The notes below the pieces were generated by a model. The model ran no database searches and was not told the origin of the DNA. It saw only the letters and a program-made list of their open reading frames with translations. Made by a program: the position numbers and the translations under genes. Shown here one piece after another: positions 47,918 to 57,634 of a stretch of DNA of 64,000 nt (positions are counted from its first letter, which is position 1; every line of letters begins with the position of its first letter). The stretch spans positions 12,233 through 76,232 of the forward strand of contig JAGXKM010000002.1 in NCBI GenBank assembly GCA_018335275.1, given 5' to 3'. The stretch comes from Anaerolineales bacterium (lineage in GTDB: Bacteria > Chloroflexota > Anaerolineae > Anaerolineales > UBA11858).

Positions 47918-50137
47918 TTGAGTAAAGAAATATCAGAATTTGTAAAATCGTTGTCAGAGCAGTATTCGCGTGTGGATCAGGAGTTACTGCAAAGGGCATA
48001 CGAACTTGCAGAGAAATCCCATGCAGGCCAGAAACGCGCGTCTGGTGAGCCTTATGTGTCTCACTGCAAAGCTGTGGCAAAGATCCTTTCGGAAATGCAT
48101 GTCCCACCGGCGGTGGTCGCCGCAAGTTTGCTGCATGATATTGTGGAGGATACGCAGGTCTCAATTGATAAGCTTCACAGAGATTTTGGAAGCGAAATAT
48201 CAGGGTTAGTTCAAGCAGTCACGAAACTGGATTCACTCCCCCGGGTTTCCCGGAGCGACCGGATAGATGAAAGGGGGAATGAGGATGTTCAGGGGAAGAA
48301 GGGCGAAGGGGAAGGAGGGACAGGCTGGCGTAAAGAATTAGCCTCTGAAAATTTACGGCGAACTTTTTTGGCTATGGCAGACGATCCCCGGGTTGTTTTG
48401 ATTAAATTGGCGGACCGGCTTCATAATATGCGCACATTACACTACTTGCCTCCAGAGAAACAAAAGAGAATCGCACGGGAAACGATGGATCTCTTTGCCC
48501 CACTTGCCAGTCGGATTGGTATCTGGCAGATAAAATGGGATCTGGAAGATTTATCATTCCGATATTTAGAACCTTCAACTTACAGGGATATTGTGGGGAA
48601 ATTAGACGAGCGGAGGTCGGAACGCGAGCGAGAAATGAACGCTATTATTGAGCGTATTAAGGAAGTCATGAAAACCGAGGAAATTGAAGCGGATGTCACG
48701 GGGAGACCTAAACATATCTATTCAATTTATCGGAAAATGAAGCGCAAAAAAATTCCCTTTAACCAGCTCCATGATATCAGAGGGGTGCGGATTATTGTTC
48801 CCGAGGAACAAGATTGTTATGCATCGGTGGGAATTATTCATTCCCATTGGCGTCCTTTACCAGGGGAATTTGATGATTATATAGCCGCTCCAAAACCTAG
48901 CTTATATCAATCTATTCATACATCTGTGGTTTATGACGATGGAAACACCCTTGAAGTCCAGATTAGGACCCCGGAAATGCACCGGAACGCTGAGTTTGGA
49001 ATAGCTGCCCATTGGAGATATAAGGAAGGCAAGAAACGAGATAAGGATTTTGAACAGCGTGTGACATATCTAAGACAAATGCTGGAATGGCAGCAGGATG
49101 TGGAATCGGCTCAAGAATTTGTGGATGGTTTGAAAACTGATGTATTTGGAGACCAGGTGTATGTCTTCACACCACGCGGTGACATTATCGACCTGCCTGC
49201 GGGTTCAACACCTATTGATTTTGCGTATAACATCCATACAGAAGTGGGTCACCGGTGTCGAGGAGCAAAGGTCAATGGAAGATTGGTTTCTTTGGACCAT
49301 AAGTTAAAAACGGGAGATCAAGTTGAGATCCTTACCGCCAAACGGGGAGGCCCAAGTCGAGATTGGTTGAATGAAAACCTGGGATTAGTGAAAACCAAAA
49401 GAGCCAGGTCAAAAATTAGGCGCTGGTTTAAACGTCAGGAACGGGACAAGAACGTAACGAGTGGGAAGTCATTGTTAGACCGAGAGATAGACCGCTTGGA
49501 TCTAGGGGACAACATAAATTTTCTGGAAGTTGCGGGAATTTTCCGGTATGAATCTGAAGAGGATTTATTTGAAGCTGTCGGATGCGGGGATATTTCTATT
49601 GATAGGGTGATGAACACTCTGGTAACGATTAAAGAAGGAGAGCCAGCGGGTTTCCCTGCTCCCTCACAGGAGGATATAAGCCGTGAAACCTCGGGGGATA
49701 TCCGGGTTTTAGGATTGAAAGGGCTGAGGAATCATTTAGCAGGTTGTTGTAATCCAACGCCAGGTGATGAAATAGTAGGATACATAACGCGTGGCAGGGG
49801 TGCTACAATCCACAGGCGTGATTGTCCGAATATCTTGAACATCGAAGATAAAGAGCGTTTAGTGGAGGTCAATTGGGGGTCACCAGAACGAACCTTTCCT
49901 GTTCCTGTGAAGATAAAGGCTTATGATCGTGATGGACTGACTAGAGATATTGCAAACTTACTTTCTAATAACAATATCAGCTTGAGTGGTTTAAAAGTTG
50001 ATGTGGACCACTCCCGCGGGGAAGCGGTATTTAATTTGGTTTTGGGGGTCAGAAATGTCACAGACCTGAGAAGGATTTTAGATCAGTTAGAGCGCTTGAA
50101 TAATGTCTACGAGGCCCGCAGGGAACGTTCTGTATAA
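47918..50137 (+). CDS. rel: Bifunctional (p)ppGpp synthetase/hydrolase RelA/SpoT homologue
   Basis: It has the HD hydrolase motifs 'HDIVEDT' and 'KLADRLHNMRTL' and a synthetase domain 'GRPKHIYSIYRKM...YQSIHT...EVQIRT'. It has TGS ('VFTPRGDIIDLPAGSTPIDFAY') and a C-terminal ACT-like domain. It has a TTG start. Confidence 0.93.
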   Translation: MSKEISEFVKSLSEQYSRVDQELLQRAYELAEKSHAGQKRASGEPYVSHCKAVAKILSEMHVPPAVVAASLLHDIVEDTQVSIDKLHRDFGSEISGLVQAVTKLDSLPRVSRSDRIDERGNEDVQGKKGEGEGGTGWRKELASENLRRTFLAMADDPRVVLIKLADRLHNMRTLHYLPPEKQKRIARETMDLFAPLASRIGIWQIKWDLEDLSFRYLEPSTYRDIVGKLDERRSEREREMNAIIERIKEVMKTEEIEADVTGRPKHIYSIYRKMKRKKIPFNQLHDIRGVRIIVPEEQDCYASVGIIHSHWRPLPGEFDDYIAAPKPSLYQSIHTSVVYDDGNTLEVQIRTPEMHRNAEFGIAAHWRYKEGKKRDKDFEQRVTYLRQMLEWQQDVESAQEFVDGLKTDVFGDQVYVFTPRGDIIDLPAGSTPIDFAYNIHTEVGHRCRGAKVNGRLVSLDHKLKTGDQVEILTAKRGGPSRDWLNENLGLVKTKRARSKIRRWFKRQERDKNVTSGKSLLDREIDRLDLGDNINFLEVAGIFRYESEEDLFEAVGCGDISIDRVMNTLVTIKEGEPAGFPAPSQEDISRETSGDIRVLGLKGLRNHLAGCCNPTPGDEIVGYITRGRGATIHRRDCPNILNIEDKERLVEVNWGSPERTFPVPVKIKAYDRDGLTRDIANLLSNNNISLSGLKVDVDHSRGEAVFNLVLGVRNVTDLRRILDQLERLNNVYEARRERSV

Positions 50138-50199
50138 ATTATGTTAGCAAAAGAGAAAGCTTGGTGATATAGATGCAGGCGATGAAAGAGCCACATCCA

Positions 50200-50799
50200 T
50201 TACCCAAGCAATGCGTTGCGTATAGCGATAACAAATTCATTAAATGCAACTGTGGGATGCTCTCTTCCTGGGCGGTCGAGAGATCTAAAAAAAGATTTTC
50301 TTAGTGGGCGACTTAACTCTAACTGAACTCCTTTATTGGATTCGCAAAGATTACAGATATTGGAAGGATCCTTCCCTGAATGATCTGTCTGATCACGTGA
50401 AGCGCAAAATCCATTAGTATTTAATTGTTCTAAGATGCGAATAATAAAGGGTGTATTCAAACCTCCCACAAAAACAGCTTCTTCTGGAAAAGAACAGCCG
50501 TGGATGGAAACAGCAACTTTTGTTGTTTGGAGTAAATTTAAACAAAGGGGATCATTGAATTGTGTGCTGGGAAGGTGTAGTTCGCAGTTATTCGTGTATT
50601 GGATACCTTCAAATATGTAATAAGATAAGTCATTGCCTGAGATAGATTTGGCAAGTTTTCCGGTTCCAGGTTCGATACCGCCTGCGTGGGGTGCCAAAAG
50701 AGCGATATCTGAGTCGCGATCCAAAACACGCTGGAGGTAGTCGACTTCAGGAACCTTGTTGGAAATGAACGCTTGAAAATCCTGTGGGAAACGTCTCAT
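50200..50799 (-). CDS. DUF867/PghP-like poly-gamma-glutamate hydrolase family protein
   Basis: 'IALLAPHAGGIEPGT', 'AVSIHGC' and the roughly 200-aa size match the YjqB/PghP zinc-peptidase-like family. Confidence 0.68.
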   Translation of the reverse strand: MRRFPQDFQAFISNKVPEVDYLQRVLDRDSDIALLAPHAGGIEPGTGKLAKSISGNDLSYYIFEGIQYTNNCELHLPSTQFNDPLCLNLLQTTKVAVSIHGCSFPEEAVFVGGLNTPFIIRILEQLNTNGFCASRDQTDHSGKDPSNICNLCESNKGVQLELSRPLRKSFFRSLDRPGREHPTVAFNEFVIAIRNALLG

Positions 50800-50928
50800 G
50801 TCTAAAATAAAAAGAAGAGAGTGATCATAAGAGCTTTTTTAGGGTTAGTGATACAGAATTATAAAGGAAATAGAGGAATAATCTCCAAAAAAGGGTATGT
50901 GTTAAGCGTAATGTAATGGTAATATTAA

Positions 50929-50957
50929 TTGACAATCATTTTTCATTGTCATATACT
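50929..50957 (+). promoter_or_regulatory. Candidate promoter of the LIV-type ABC operon (TTGACA-17 nt-TATACT)
   Basis: A perfect -35 lies at 50929-50934 and the -10 TATACT at 50952-50957, about 280 nt upstream of the first CDS. Confidence 0.5.
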
Positions 50958-51070
50958 ACGCATAATACATAAAAATAAAATCACCGACTCATCGACAAAA
51001 GAATCAATATTGTTCCTATGAACAAAATTCTTTCCACTGACGAGGTGGGGGATGCGAAAAGCTCCTATCA

Positions 51071-51126
51071 GCCACTATGTTCCTGCTGGGGTAAAAAAAT
51101 GTGTAACATGGTGGCGTTTTTTATTT
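51071..51126 (+). terminator. Intrinsic terminator inside the 5' leader of the LIV operon (candidate attenuator)
   Basis: An 11-bp stem, GCCACTATGTT (51071-51081) with AACATGGTGGC (51105-51115), is followed by GTTTTTTATTT. It is located between the promoter and the SD/ATG at 51237. Confidence 0.55.
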
Positions 51127-51236
51127 AAACAGGAACGAGCGATCAGAAAGGAGGTGATGATCATCAATTGAATGAGCAGGGAATTTATTTAGCAGACGAG
51201 TCTAAGATATTTCCCTCATTGGGAGGAGATGTACAG

Positions 51237-52415
51237 ATGAAGACTAAGAAGATATTTAGATTGACATTGCTATTAGTCATTGCAACCCTAATTTGTACTG
51301 CTTGTGGACAAGCTGCGCAGCCGACAATAAAAATTGGTGTAAATGCACCTCTTACTGGCGACATCCCAAAAGTGGGAGAGGGCAGTAAGTTTGCCGCCGA
51401 AATGTGGCTGGAAGAGATAGGGGGAGAGCTGGAAGTGGGAGGTCAAACCTATCCAGTAGAGCTGGTCATTGAGGATAACGAATCGAAGGCGGAATCAGCT
51501 GCCTCGGTGAACCAAAAGTTAATCACACAGGATGAGGTCCTGGCCATTGTCGGTCCTCAATCCTCCAAGCAAGCTGTCCCTGCGGGTGGAGCTGCAAATG
51601 ATGGTCAAACACCGATGGTCAGCCCCTGGTCCACAAACCCGAATACTACTCTGAATCGACCGTGGGTTTTCCGAACACCTTTCTTGGACAGCTTCCAGGG
51701 CCCTGCGGTAGCTAAATTCGTCACAGAAGAATTCGGTTTTACTAAAGCAGGCGTTCTTTATGATATCGCCAGCGATTACCCCAAGGGTTTAGCGGACTAT
51801 TTCAAGCAAGGGTGGGAAGACATTCATGGTGAAGGTTCCGTGGTTGCCTTCGAAAGTTTCACAACCGGGGATACAGATTTCAGCGCCCAAATAACGAAGA
51901 TCAAAGAATCCGGAGCGGAATTCTTTTTCACGCCACAGTACTACAATGAGGTGGCGCTGATCGTACAGCAAGCTCGCGAACTCGGTTTCAATCAACCCAT
52001 CGTGGGCAGCGACAGCTGGGGATCAGCTGAGTTGCTGAACCTGTGTGGCGAGGATTGTTATGGACTTTTCTACAGTTCACACTACCTGGCAGAAAATCCA
52101 ACAGGGGAAGCGAAGGAATTCATCGAGGGCTATGAGGAAAAATATGGGTATGTCCCGGATGATGTCGGGGCATTAACCTGGGACACGATGCACATCATCG
52201 AACGGGCCATAAATGAATGCGGTGAGATTACGGGGGATATCGAAGCTGACCGCACATGCGTCCGGGATGCTTTGGCAAATATCAAAAACTTTGAAGGTGT
52301 GACGGGCACGATGACGTTCACTGAAGAAGGTGACCCGATTAAATGTGCGTTGATCATCAAAATTGGAGATGACGGCTCGAAGTCAGTATACGAGCAAACA
52401 TGCCCTGAAGAATAA
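51237..52415 (+). CDS. ABC transporter substrate-binding lipoprotein, branched-chain amino acid (LivJ/K, Peripla_BP_6) family
   Basis: The signal peptide 'MKTKKIFRLTLLLVIATLICTAC' has a lipobox. 'IKIGVNAPLTGD', 'IVGPQSS' and 'FFTPQYYNE' are typical. GGAGGAG precedes the ATG at 51237. Confidence 0.85.
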   Translation: MKTKKIFRLTLLLVIATLICTACGQAAQPTIKIGVNAPLTGDIPKVGEGSKFAAEMWLEEIGGELEVGGQTYPVELVIEDNESKAESAASVNQKLITQDEVLAIVGPQSSKQAVPAGGAANDGQTPMVSPWSTNPNTTLNRPWVFRTPFLDSFQGPAVAKFVTEEFGFTKAGVLYDIASDYPKGLADYFKQGWEDIHGEGSVVAFESFTTGDTDFSAQITKIKESGAEFFFTPQYYNEVALIVQQARELGFNQPIVGSDSWGSAELLNLCGEDCYGLFYSSHYLAENPTGEAKEFIEGYEEKYGYVPDDVGALTWDTMHIIERAINECGEITGDIEADRTCVRDALANIKNFEGVTGTMTFTEEGDPIKCALIIKIGDDGSKSVYEQTCPEE

Positions 52416-52518
52416 CCCGTCAAGCGAAGCGGTAAAGTTAATCTTTGAGCATTAAAAGAGATGGGGGTGGGCGAAATGATCCGGATTCCCGCCCCCATCC
52501 CATCAGGAGAGCGAAAAT

Positions 52519-53454
52519 ATGGATGTGTTTTTGCAACAACTTATGAACGCTTTGCAGTGGGGAAGTTTTTACGCTTTGATCGCCATCGGGTATTCCATGG
52601 TCTACGGGGTGTTAATGTTGTTTAATTTCGCCCACGGGGACATTTTCATGGTGGGGGCTTATATTGGATTTTTTGTTTCCAGCGGCTTGTTAGCGCTCAA
52701 TCTGGGCTCAGTTATCGGGCTGTCTACCGGTGTTGAATTGGGCCTGGTTTTAGTTTTAACTTTGATAATTTCTATGCTCCTTAATTCCATTGTAGGCATG
52801 GGAGTGGAGCGAATTGGATATCGCCCTTTGCGAGAAGCGCCCCGAGCCTCGGCAGCGATTACAGGATTGATGATCGGCATCATCCTTGAGACGGCGAACT
52901 TGGCGCTGTTAGGACCACAACGCAGATCTTTTCCAGAATTGATCCCCACGACCACTATCACTATTGCTGGGGCCAGTGTGACCAATAAAAAGATATTGAT
53001 CGTGATTGTCTCCCTTGTATTGGCATTGCTGGTGCACCAGTTCGTTCAGCGCACTAAATGGGGGATGGCGATGAGGGCGATGGCGTATGATTATGTCGTT
53101 GTCCCGCTCATGGGTATTTCCAGTGATCGTATCGCGTTGATGACATTTGCGATCGGTTCCGCACTTGCTGCAGCGGCAGGCATATTGTTTGGGATCGCTT
53201 ACCCTGTGTTGGATCCGAATATGGGGATCTTGTTTGGGTGGAAAGCTTTTGTGGCGGCAATCCTGGGCGGTCGAGGTTCGATCCTGGGCGCTGCCCTTGC
53301 GGGATTCCTGCTTGGGTTCATCGAAATCTTTGTGACCATGATATTTCCATCTACGATGAGAAATTTAATTGCCTTTGGCATCATTTTGATTATATTGACC
53401 TTTCGCCCCCATGGATTTTTTGGTGAACCGTTTAGTGCTCAACTGCGTCTCTAA
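52519..53454 (+). CDS. livH: Branched-chain amino acid ABC transporter permease (LivH type)
   Basis: 'LQQLMNALQWGSFYALIAIGYSMVYGVLMLFNFAHGD' is the canonical LivH N-terminus. It has about 8 TM segments. Confidence 0.88.
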   Translation: MDVFLQQLMNALQWGSFYALIAIGYSMVYGVLMLFNFAHGDIFMVGAYIGFFVSSGLLALNLGSVIGLSTGVELGLVLVLTLIISMLLNSIVGMGVERIGYRPLREAPRASAAITGLMIGIILETANLALLGPQRRSFPELIPTTTITIAGASVTNKKILIVIVSLVLALLVHQFVQRTKWGMAMRAMAYDYVVVPLMGISSDRIALMTFAIGSALAAAAGILFGIAYPVLDPNMGILFGWKAFVAAILGGRGSILGAALAGFLLGFIEIFVTMIFPSTMRNLIAFGIILIILTFRPHGFFGEPFSAQLRL

Positions 53455-53495
53455 CCTGGACGAAATGGTATTCCATTTGTAGTGAGGTATAAGAT

Positions 53496-54833
53496 ATGCC
53501 AAAAAAAATCATCAGCGTTGGTAAGAAAATCTGGGCAACGATGACGGGCTGGTTAAAGAAATTCTGGTCTAACTTTCGGGATGTTCCTTTAATCAGTTGG
53601 TTAGTGGCTTTTAGTGTCACGGTTGCCCTGGAAATCTTCATCGGTCAAGCATTAGCAAGAATGGTTGGTTTATCAAAACCACCAGCTCTGTTTGGCGTGG
53701 CACTTGTACTGGACAACCCTGCTAAATTTCTAAGCGCGATCATCTACATGATTCTGGTCTATGGATTACCCGTCGGGGTCATCGCATATTTAACCAAAGG
53801 GGTAGGGAATCAAATCGCAGAATGGTTACTTCAATTCCCTCTCTTGTTAACGTCTGTAGTCCATTTATTGTTAATCTATGGAGTGATGCACTACTGGACA
53901 AGTATCAGTGATTACCGCTTGTTAGTCGCACGTTTGGCGATGATATCCATTATTGTGACCCTGAGTTTAAATGTCGTGAATGGTTACATGGGAGAATTCT
54001 CTTGTTCCCATCCTGGGTTCATGGCCCTGGGCGCTTACGTTTCCTCTATCTTCACCGTTTTATTGTTTGTGACAGACAATCGCTTTGGGGATGCTTTGCT
54101 GCCAGCCTTCCTGGGACCATTCATGTTTCCCGTATCCCTTGTTCTAGGGGGATTTGTCTCTGCAGCGGGCGCTCTGCTGGTGGCCATCCCATCCTTCAGG
54201 ACGCGCGGGGATTACCTGGCGATTATCTCTTTAGCTTTCATGTTTATCGTTAAAAGCTTATTTGAAAATTTGGAAGTGGTGGGCGGCGCACGAGGTATCA
54301 GTAACCAACCCGATTACGCAAATTTATGGACGATTTTTGTCTGGACGGTGTTAGCTATCTGGATCATCAATAACTTTGTCAGATCAACGATGGGCAAAGC
54401 GCTCAATGCGGTCCGGGATGGGGAACTGGCGGCAAGCGCGATGACTGTCAATACGCAGAAAACAAAAATGGTGGCCTTTTTATTTGCAGCATTTTGGGCT
54501 GGGATTGGGGGGGGGTTATTTGCCCATGTCATCCGGTATATTAACCCCGGCACTTTCGGTATTCGTAAATTGGCAGAAGTGCTGGCCATGGTTTATTTTG
54601 GGGGACTTAACTCTGTTACCGGGTCCATCGTTGGCGCGGTGGGGTTCAGCTTGATCAGCGAAGCGCTGAGGCCTCTGGATATTTTTAAATGGATTTTCAT
54701 ACCCATTATGTTGATTTTGATCATGATTTACAGGCCAACCGGGCTCATAGCATTCCGGGAATTTGATGTGGCTCAGTTGTTCCAACCTAAAGGAAAAAAA
54801 GATGAAGAAGGAGTTGATCATGCCGCTGCTTGA
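53496..54833 (+). CDS. livM: Branched-chain amino acid ABC transporter permease (LivM type) with an extended N-terminus
   Basis: The core 'LSLNVVNGYMGEFSCSHPGFMALGAYVS', 'GDYLAIISLAF' and 'GGARGI' is typical of LivM. Confidence 0.85.
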   Translation: MPKKIISVGKKIWATMTGWLKKFWSNFRDVPLISWLVAFSVTVALEIFIGQALARMVGLSKPPALFGVALVLDNPAKFLSAIIYMILVYGLPVGVIAYLTKGVGNQIAEWLLQFPLLLTSVVHLLLIYGVMHYWTSISDYRLLVARLAMISIIVTLSLNVVNGYMGEFSCSHPGFMALGAYVSSIFTVLLFVTDNRFGDALLPAFLGPFMFPVSLVLGGFVSAAGALLVAIPSFRTRGDYLAIISLAFMFIVKSLFENLEVVGGARGISNQPDYANLWTIFVWTVLAIWIINNFVRSTMGKALNAVRDGELAASAMTVNTQKTKMVAFLFAAFWAGIGGGLFAHVIRYINPGTFGIRKLAEVLAMVYFGGLNSVTGSIVGAVGFSLISEALRPLDIFKWIFIPIMLILIMIYRPTGLIAFREFDVAQLFQPKGKKDEEGVDHAAA

Positions 54834-55590
54834 AGTCTCTAACATGACGCATTTTTTTGGTGGATTGCGTGCGGTTCATGCATATAATCTGGAAATTGAA
54901 CCCGGCCAAATAAGAGGGCTGATTGGACCAAACGGAGCGGGAAAAACGACCATCTTTAATCTCATTACGGGTATTTACGACCCAACAGAAGGCGAGATAC
55001 TTCTGGAGGGAAAAACGATTAAAGGGAGGGAGCCTAATAAAATTGCCTCCCGGGGACTGGGAAGGACATTTCAGACATTGCGTCTTTGGAGGCATATGTC
55101 TGTTATAGACCATATCAAACTGGGCCGGTATTCAAAACTTGATTACGGGCTCCCCGGGGCGTTTTTTAGCACACCACGACGGTTAAGGGAAGAAGAAAAG
55201 ACGACGAAAATTGCTATGGATTTATTAGAGTTAGTTGGTTTGCCTGAAACTGCAGACCAACTTGTGACTAATCTTCCTTATGGTGCGCAGCGCCGAGTCG
55301 AACTTGCCCGTGCTTTGGCTACTGAGCCAAAAATATTGTTCCTAGACGAGCCAACAGCGGGCATGAATCCTGAGGAATTGATCGATATGATGAAAATCAT
55401 CCGCGAAGTCCACCAAGAATTAGATTTGGCAATCTTTTTAATCGAGCACCGCATGAAGGTGGTCATGGATTTGTGCGAACTCATCCAGACGCTGGATTTT
55501 GGTGAGGTGATTGCTGAAGGTACACCGGATGATATCCGCAATGATCCTAAGGTGATCGACGCCTATCTCGGGAAGGAGGTTTCGGTCTGA
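54820..55590 (+). CDS. livG: Branched-chain amino acid ABC transporter ATP-binding protein (LivG type)
   Basis: It contains 'MPLLEVSNMTHFFGGLRAV', Walker A 'GPNGAGKTT', the signature 'LPYGAQRRVELARAL' and Walker B 'LFLDEPTAG'. The start at 54820 overlaps the livM end; 54802 is an alternative. Confidence 0.88.
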   Translation: MPLLEVSNMTHFFGGLRAVHAYNLEIEPGQIRGLIGPNGAGKTTIFNLITGIYDPTEGEILLEGKTIKGREPNKIASRGLGRTFQTLRLWRHMSVIDHIKLGRYSKLDYGLPGAFFSTPRRLREEEKTTKIAMDLLELVGLPETADQLVTNLPYGAQRRVELARALATEPKILFLDEPTAGMNPEELIDMMKIIREVHQELDLAIFLIEHRMKVVMDLCELIQTLDFGEVIAEGTPDDIRNDPKVIDAYLGKEVSV

Positions 55591-56303
55591 TGTATTTTTC
55601 AGTGGAAAATCTAAGTGTATCCTACGGTAATATTCGAGCTCTCCATGACATAAGTTTTAATGTCAATGAAGGCGAAATAGTATGTATCATAGGGGCTAAC
55701 GGCGCTGGAAAAAGCACAACCCTTCGCGCAATTTCGAGATTGGTACCTGCGCATGAGGGTTCTAAGATGGTATTCCAGGGTAAAGATTTGCTCAAACTTC
55801 CACCTGATAAGGTCGTAACAGAGCTCGGGATTTCTCATGTGCCAGAGGGGAGGAGACTGTTTGGAAACTTGACTGTCAAGGAAAATCTTACTTTGGCATC
55901 CTTTGCGCGCACGGATGATGACGCAATCCAAAGGGATTTGGATCGTGTGTTTACCATTTTTCCCAGGTTGAAAGAACGTATGAACCAGAAATCTGGCACG
56001 TTAAGCGGAGGAGAGCAGCAGATGCTTGCTGTTGGACGGGCCTTGATAAGTGCGCGAAAATTTATGCTGCTTGATGAACCCTCCATGGGATTAGCCCCCT
56101 TGTTGATGGCAGATGTCTTTGATGCTTTACAGGAAATCAATGATGAGGGAACAACGATTTTGCTCGTGGAACAAAACGCGCGATTGGCATTGCAATTTGC
56201 CCAGCGCGGATATGTGTTAGAAAACGGAAATATGGTCCTAGAGGGTAGTTCAAAAGAACTTTTAGATAATCCAGAAGTGAAGAAAGCTTACCTTGGGGGG
56301 TGA
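55590..56303 (+). CDS. livF: Branched-chain amino acid ABC transporter ATP-binding protein (LivF type)
   Basis: It has Walker A 'GANGAGKST', the signature 'LSGGEQQMLAVGRAL' and Walker B 'MLLDEPSMGLAP'. The C-terminus 'VKKAYLG' is typical of LivF. Confidence 0.9.
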   Translation: MYFSVENLSVSYGNIRALHDISFNVNEGEIVCIIGANGAGKSTTLRAISRLVPAHEGSKMVFQGKDLLKLPPDKVVTELGISHVPEGRRLFGNLTVKENLTLASFARTDDDAIQRDLDRVFTIFPRLKERMNQKSGTLSGGEQQMLAVGRALISARKFMLLDEPSMGLAPLLMADVFDALQEINDEGTTILLVEQNARLALQFAQRGYVLENGNMVLEGSSKELLDNPEVKKAYLGG

Positions 56304-56305
56304 AA

Positions 56306-57385
56306 TCAATCTTCGCATCCGTAGAAATCTTTTATATATCCACCCTTTTCGCAGATCAATTCACCGTAACGATCGGTGTAACAAAATGAATCTGTGAGGC
56401 CTTCAGCCTTTGTGAAGATGAAGACAGGTTCGTTTTGAAAATTCTCCACCGTGTCGGTCACTATTAAACAGTCATCTAGCCAGCCGTAAGTAAACTGCCA
56501 ATCCAGGGAAATGATCATAAACTTCTTATCTAGCATGATGAATGAACGTTCGAATTTGCAGTCAGGGCAGTCGAGATCTCCGTAATTGGTGACTTTCCCG
56601 CACACGCTGATGGTATCGCCTTCGTCAGCAAGGCTGATTTCACTGGGTGATATGCATGATGGATCTGCGATTGTAGTGTCTGTGGATTGAAGGACAGTTT
56701 CTTGAGTTGCACCCTGGGTGGAGGGAAATTCGGTTGGCGTGATCGTATTCGTATCAGCTTCAGGCGTTTTCTCAATAACAGGTATTTCATCAACTGGAAG
56801 CGTATAAAAATCGAAGTCACGCGTCATATTTGCCAGCGAGGTGTAAGTTGAGGTGATTAATAATGCAGAAAGAGCAGCTGACCCCAGAGCAGAGGAGGAG
56901 AGGGCTGGGAAGTATTTACGTCGACTTAGACTGCGAGCTGCATATAAAAAACTGTATAAAGCCCCTATGGGAATAAAGGTCAGCAGAATGGTAGCAACTT
57001 TGCCCTCAATGGTGCCGTGGCTGTCGAAATAACGTCCATCAATGGCTAATAGGGCGATACCTGTTCTTAAAACGACCTGGATGGCGATGATAATAGGCAG
57101 TGTATACTCAGAAAAACTCGAGTCAATGTAAATGGGCAGGATGGTAAGTGCTGCACTTAAGCTCCAAAATGTCAGCAGCAGCAGAAAAAGGCCAATCATG
57201 ACCTGAACGAAAGGTATATTGGCAGGTAATTGGGTCTTATTACGATGGGAAACTTTGGCTGGTTCTGATGCTGTTTGATTTTGGTGCTTAGAGTCCTCCT
57301 CAGGATTCTGCGTATTTACCCCGCAATATTGACAATAAACAGCATCCAAGGGTATCAACTCATCACATTTTGGGCAATATTTCAT
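56306..57385 (-). CDS. Zinc-ribbon membrane protein with a Cys-rich C-terminal domain (unknown function)
   Basis: It has an N-terminal 'CPKC...CQYCG' zinc ribbon, about four TM helices, a Thr/Pro-rich linker and a C-terminal domain of about 130 aa containing 9 Cys. Confidence 0.55.
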   Translation of the reverse strand: MKYCPKCDELIPLDAVYCQYCGVNTQNPEEDSKHQNQTASEPAKVSHRNKTQLPANIPFVQVMIGLFLLLLTFWSLSAALTILPIYIDSSFSEYTLPIIIAIQVVLRTGIALLAIDGRYFDSHGTIEGKVATILLTFIPIGALYSFLYAARSLSRRKYFPALSSSALGSAALSALLITSTYTSLANMTRDFDFYTLPVDEIPVIEKTPEADTNTITPTEFPSTQGATQETVLQSTDTTIADPSCISPSEISLADEGDTISVCGKVTNYGDLDCPDCKFERSFIMLDKKFMIISLDWQFTYGWLDDCLIVTDTVENFQNEPVFIFTKAEGLTDSFCYTDRYGELICEKGGYIKDFYGCED

Positions 57386-57634
57386 TTTGATTCCTCATCA
57401 ATTACACCAATCAATGCGTATGTATGGTTAATATCAAGTTTACCATGGAGGAAAAGGAAAATTTTGGTAGGAACTATACTATTTTGTAAGAAACCAGTGG
57501 AGAAAAGCAAAAGACATGAATAATTCATCTATCTCCATTAAAGATTTGTAATGTGCATATCTTAAGGGTAAAAAGAAAGGGGGATAGATCTGGGTTTCGT
57601 GAAAGTGAAAAATACTTGAAACTCAAGTTGTTTC

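Noticed and set aside
50958-51236. A T-box riboswitch assignment for the LIV operon leader.
   Set aside because: 'GAGGTGGGGGATGCG' only partly resembles the T-box consensus (GGGTGGTACCGCG). I could not identify a Stem I K-turn or specifier loop. I therefore report it only as a generic terminator/anti-terminator leader.
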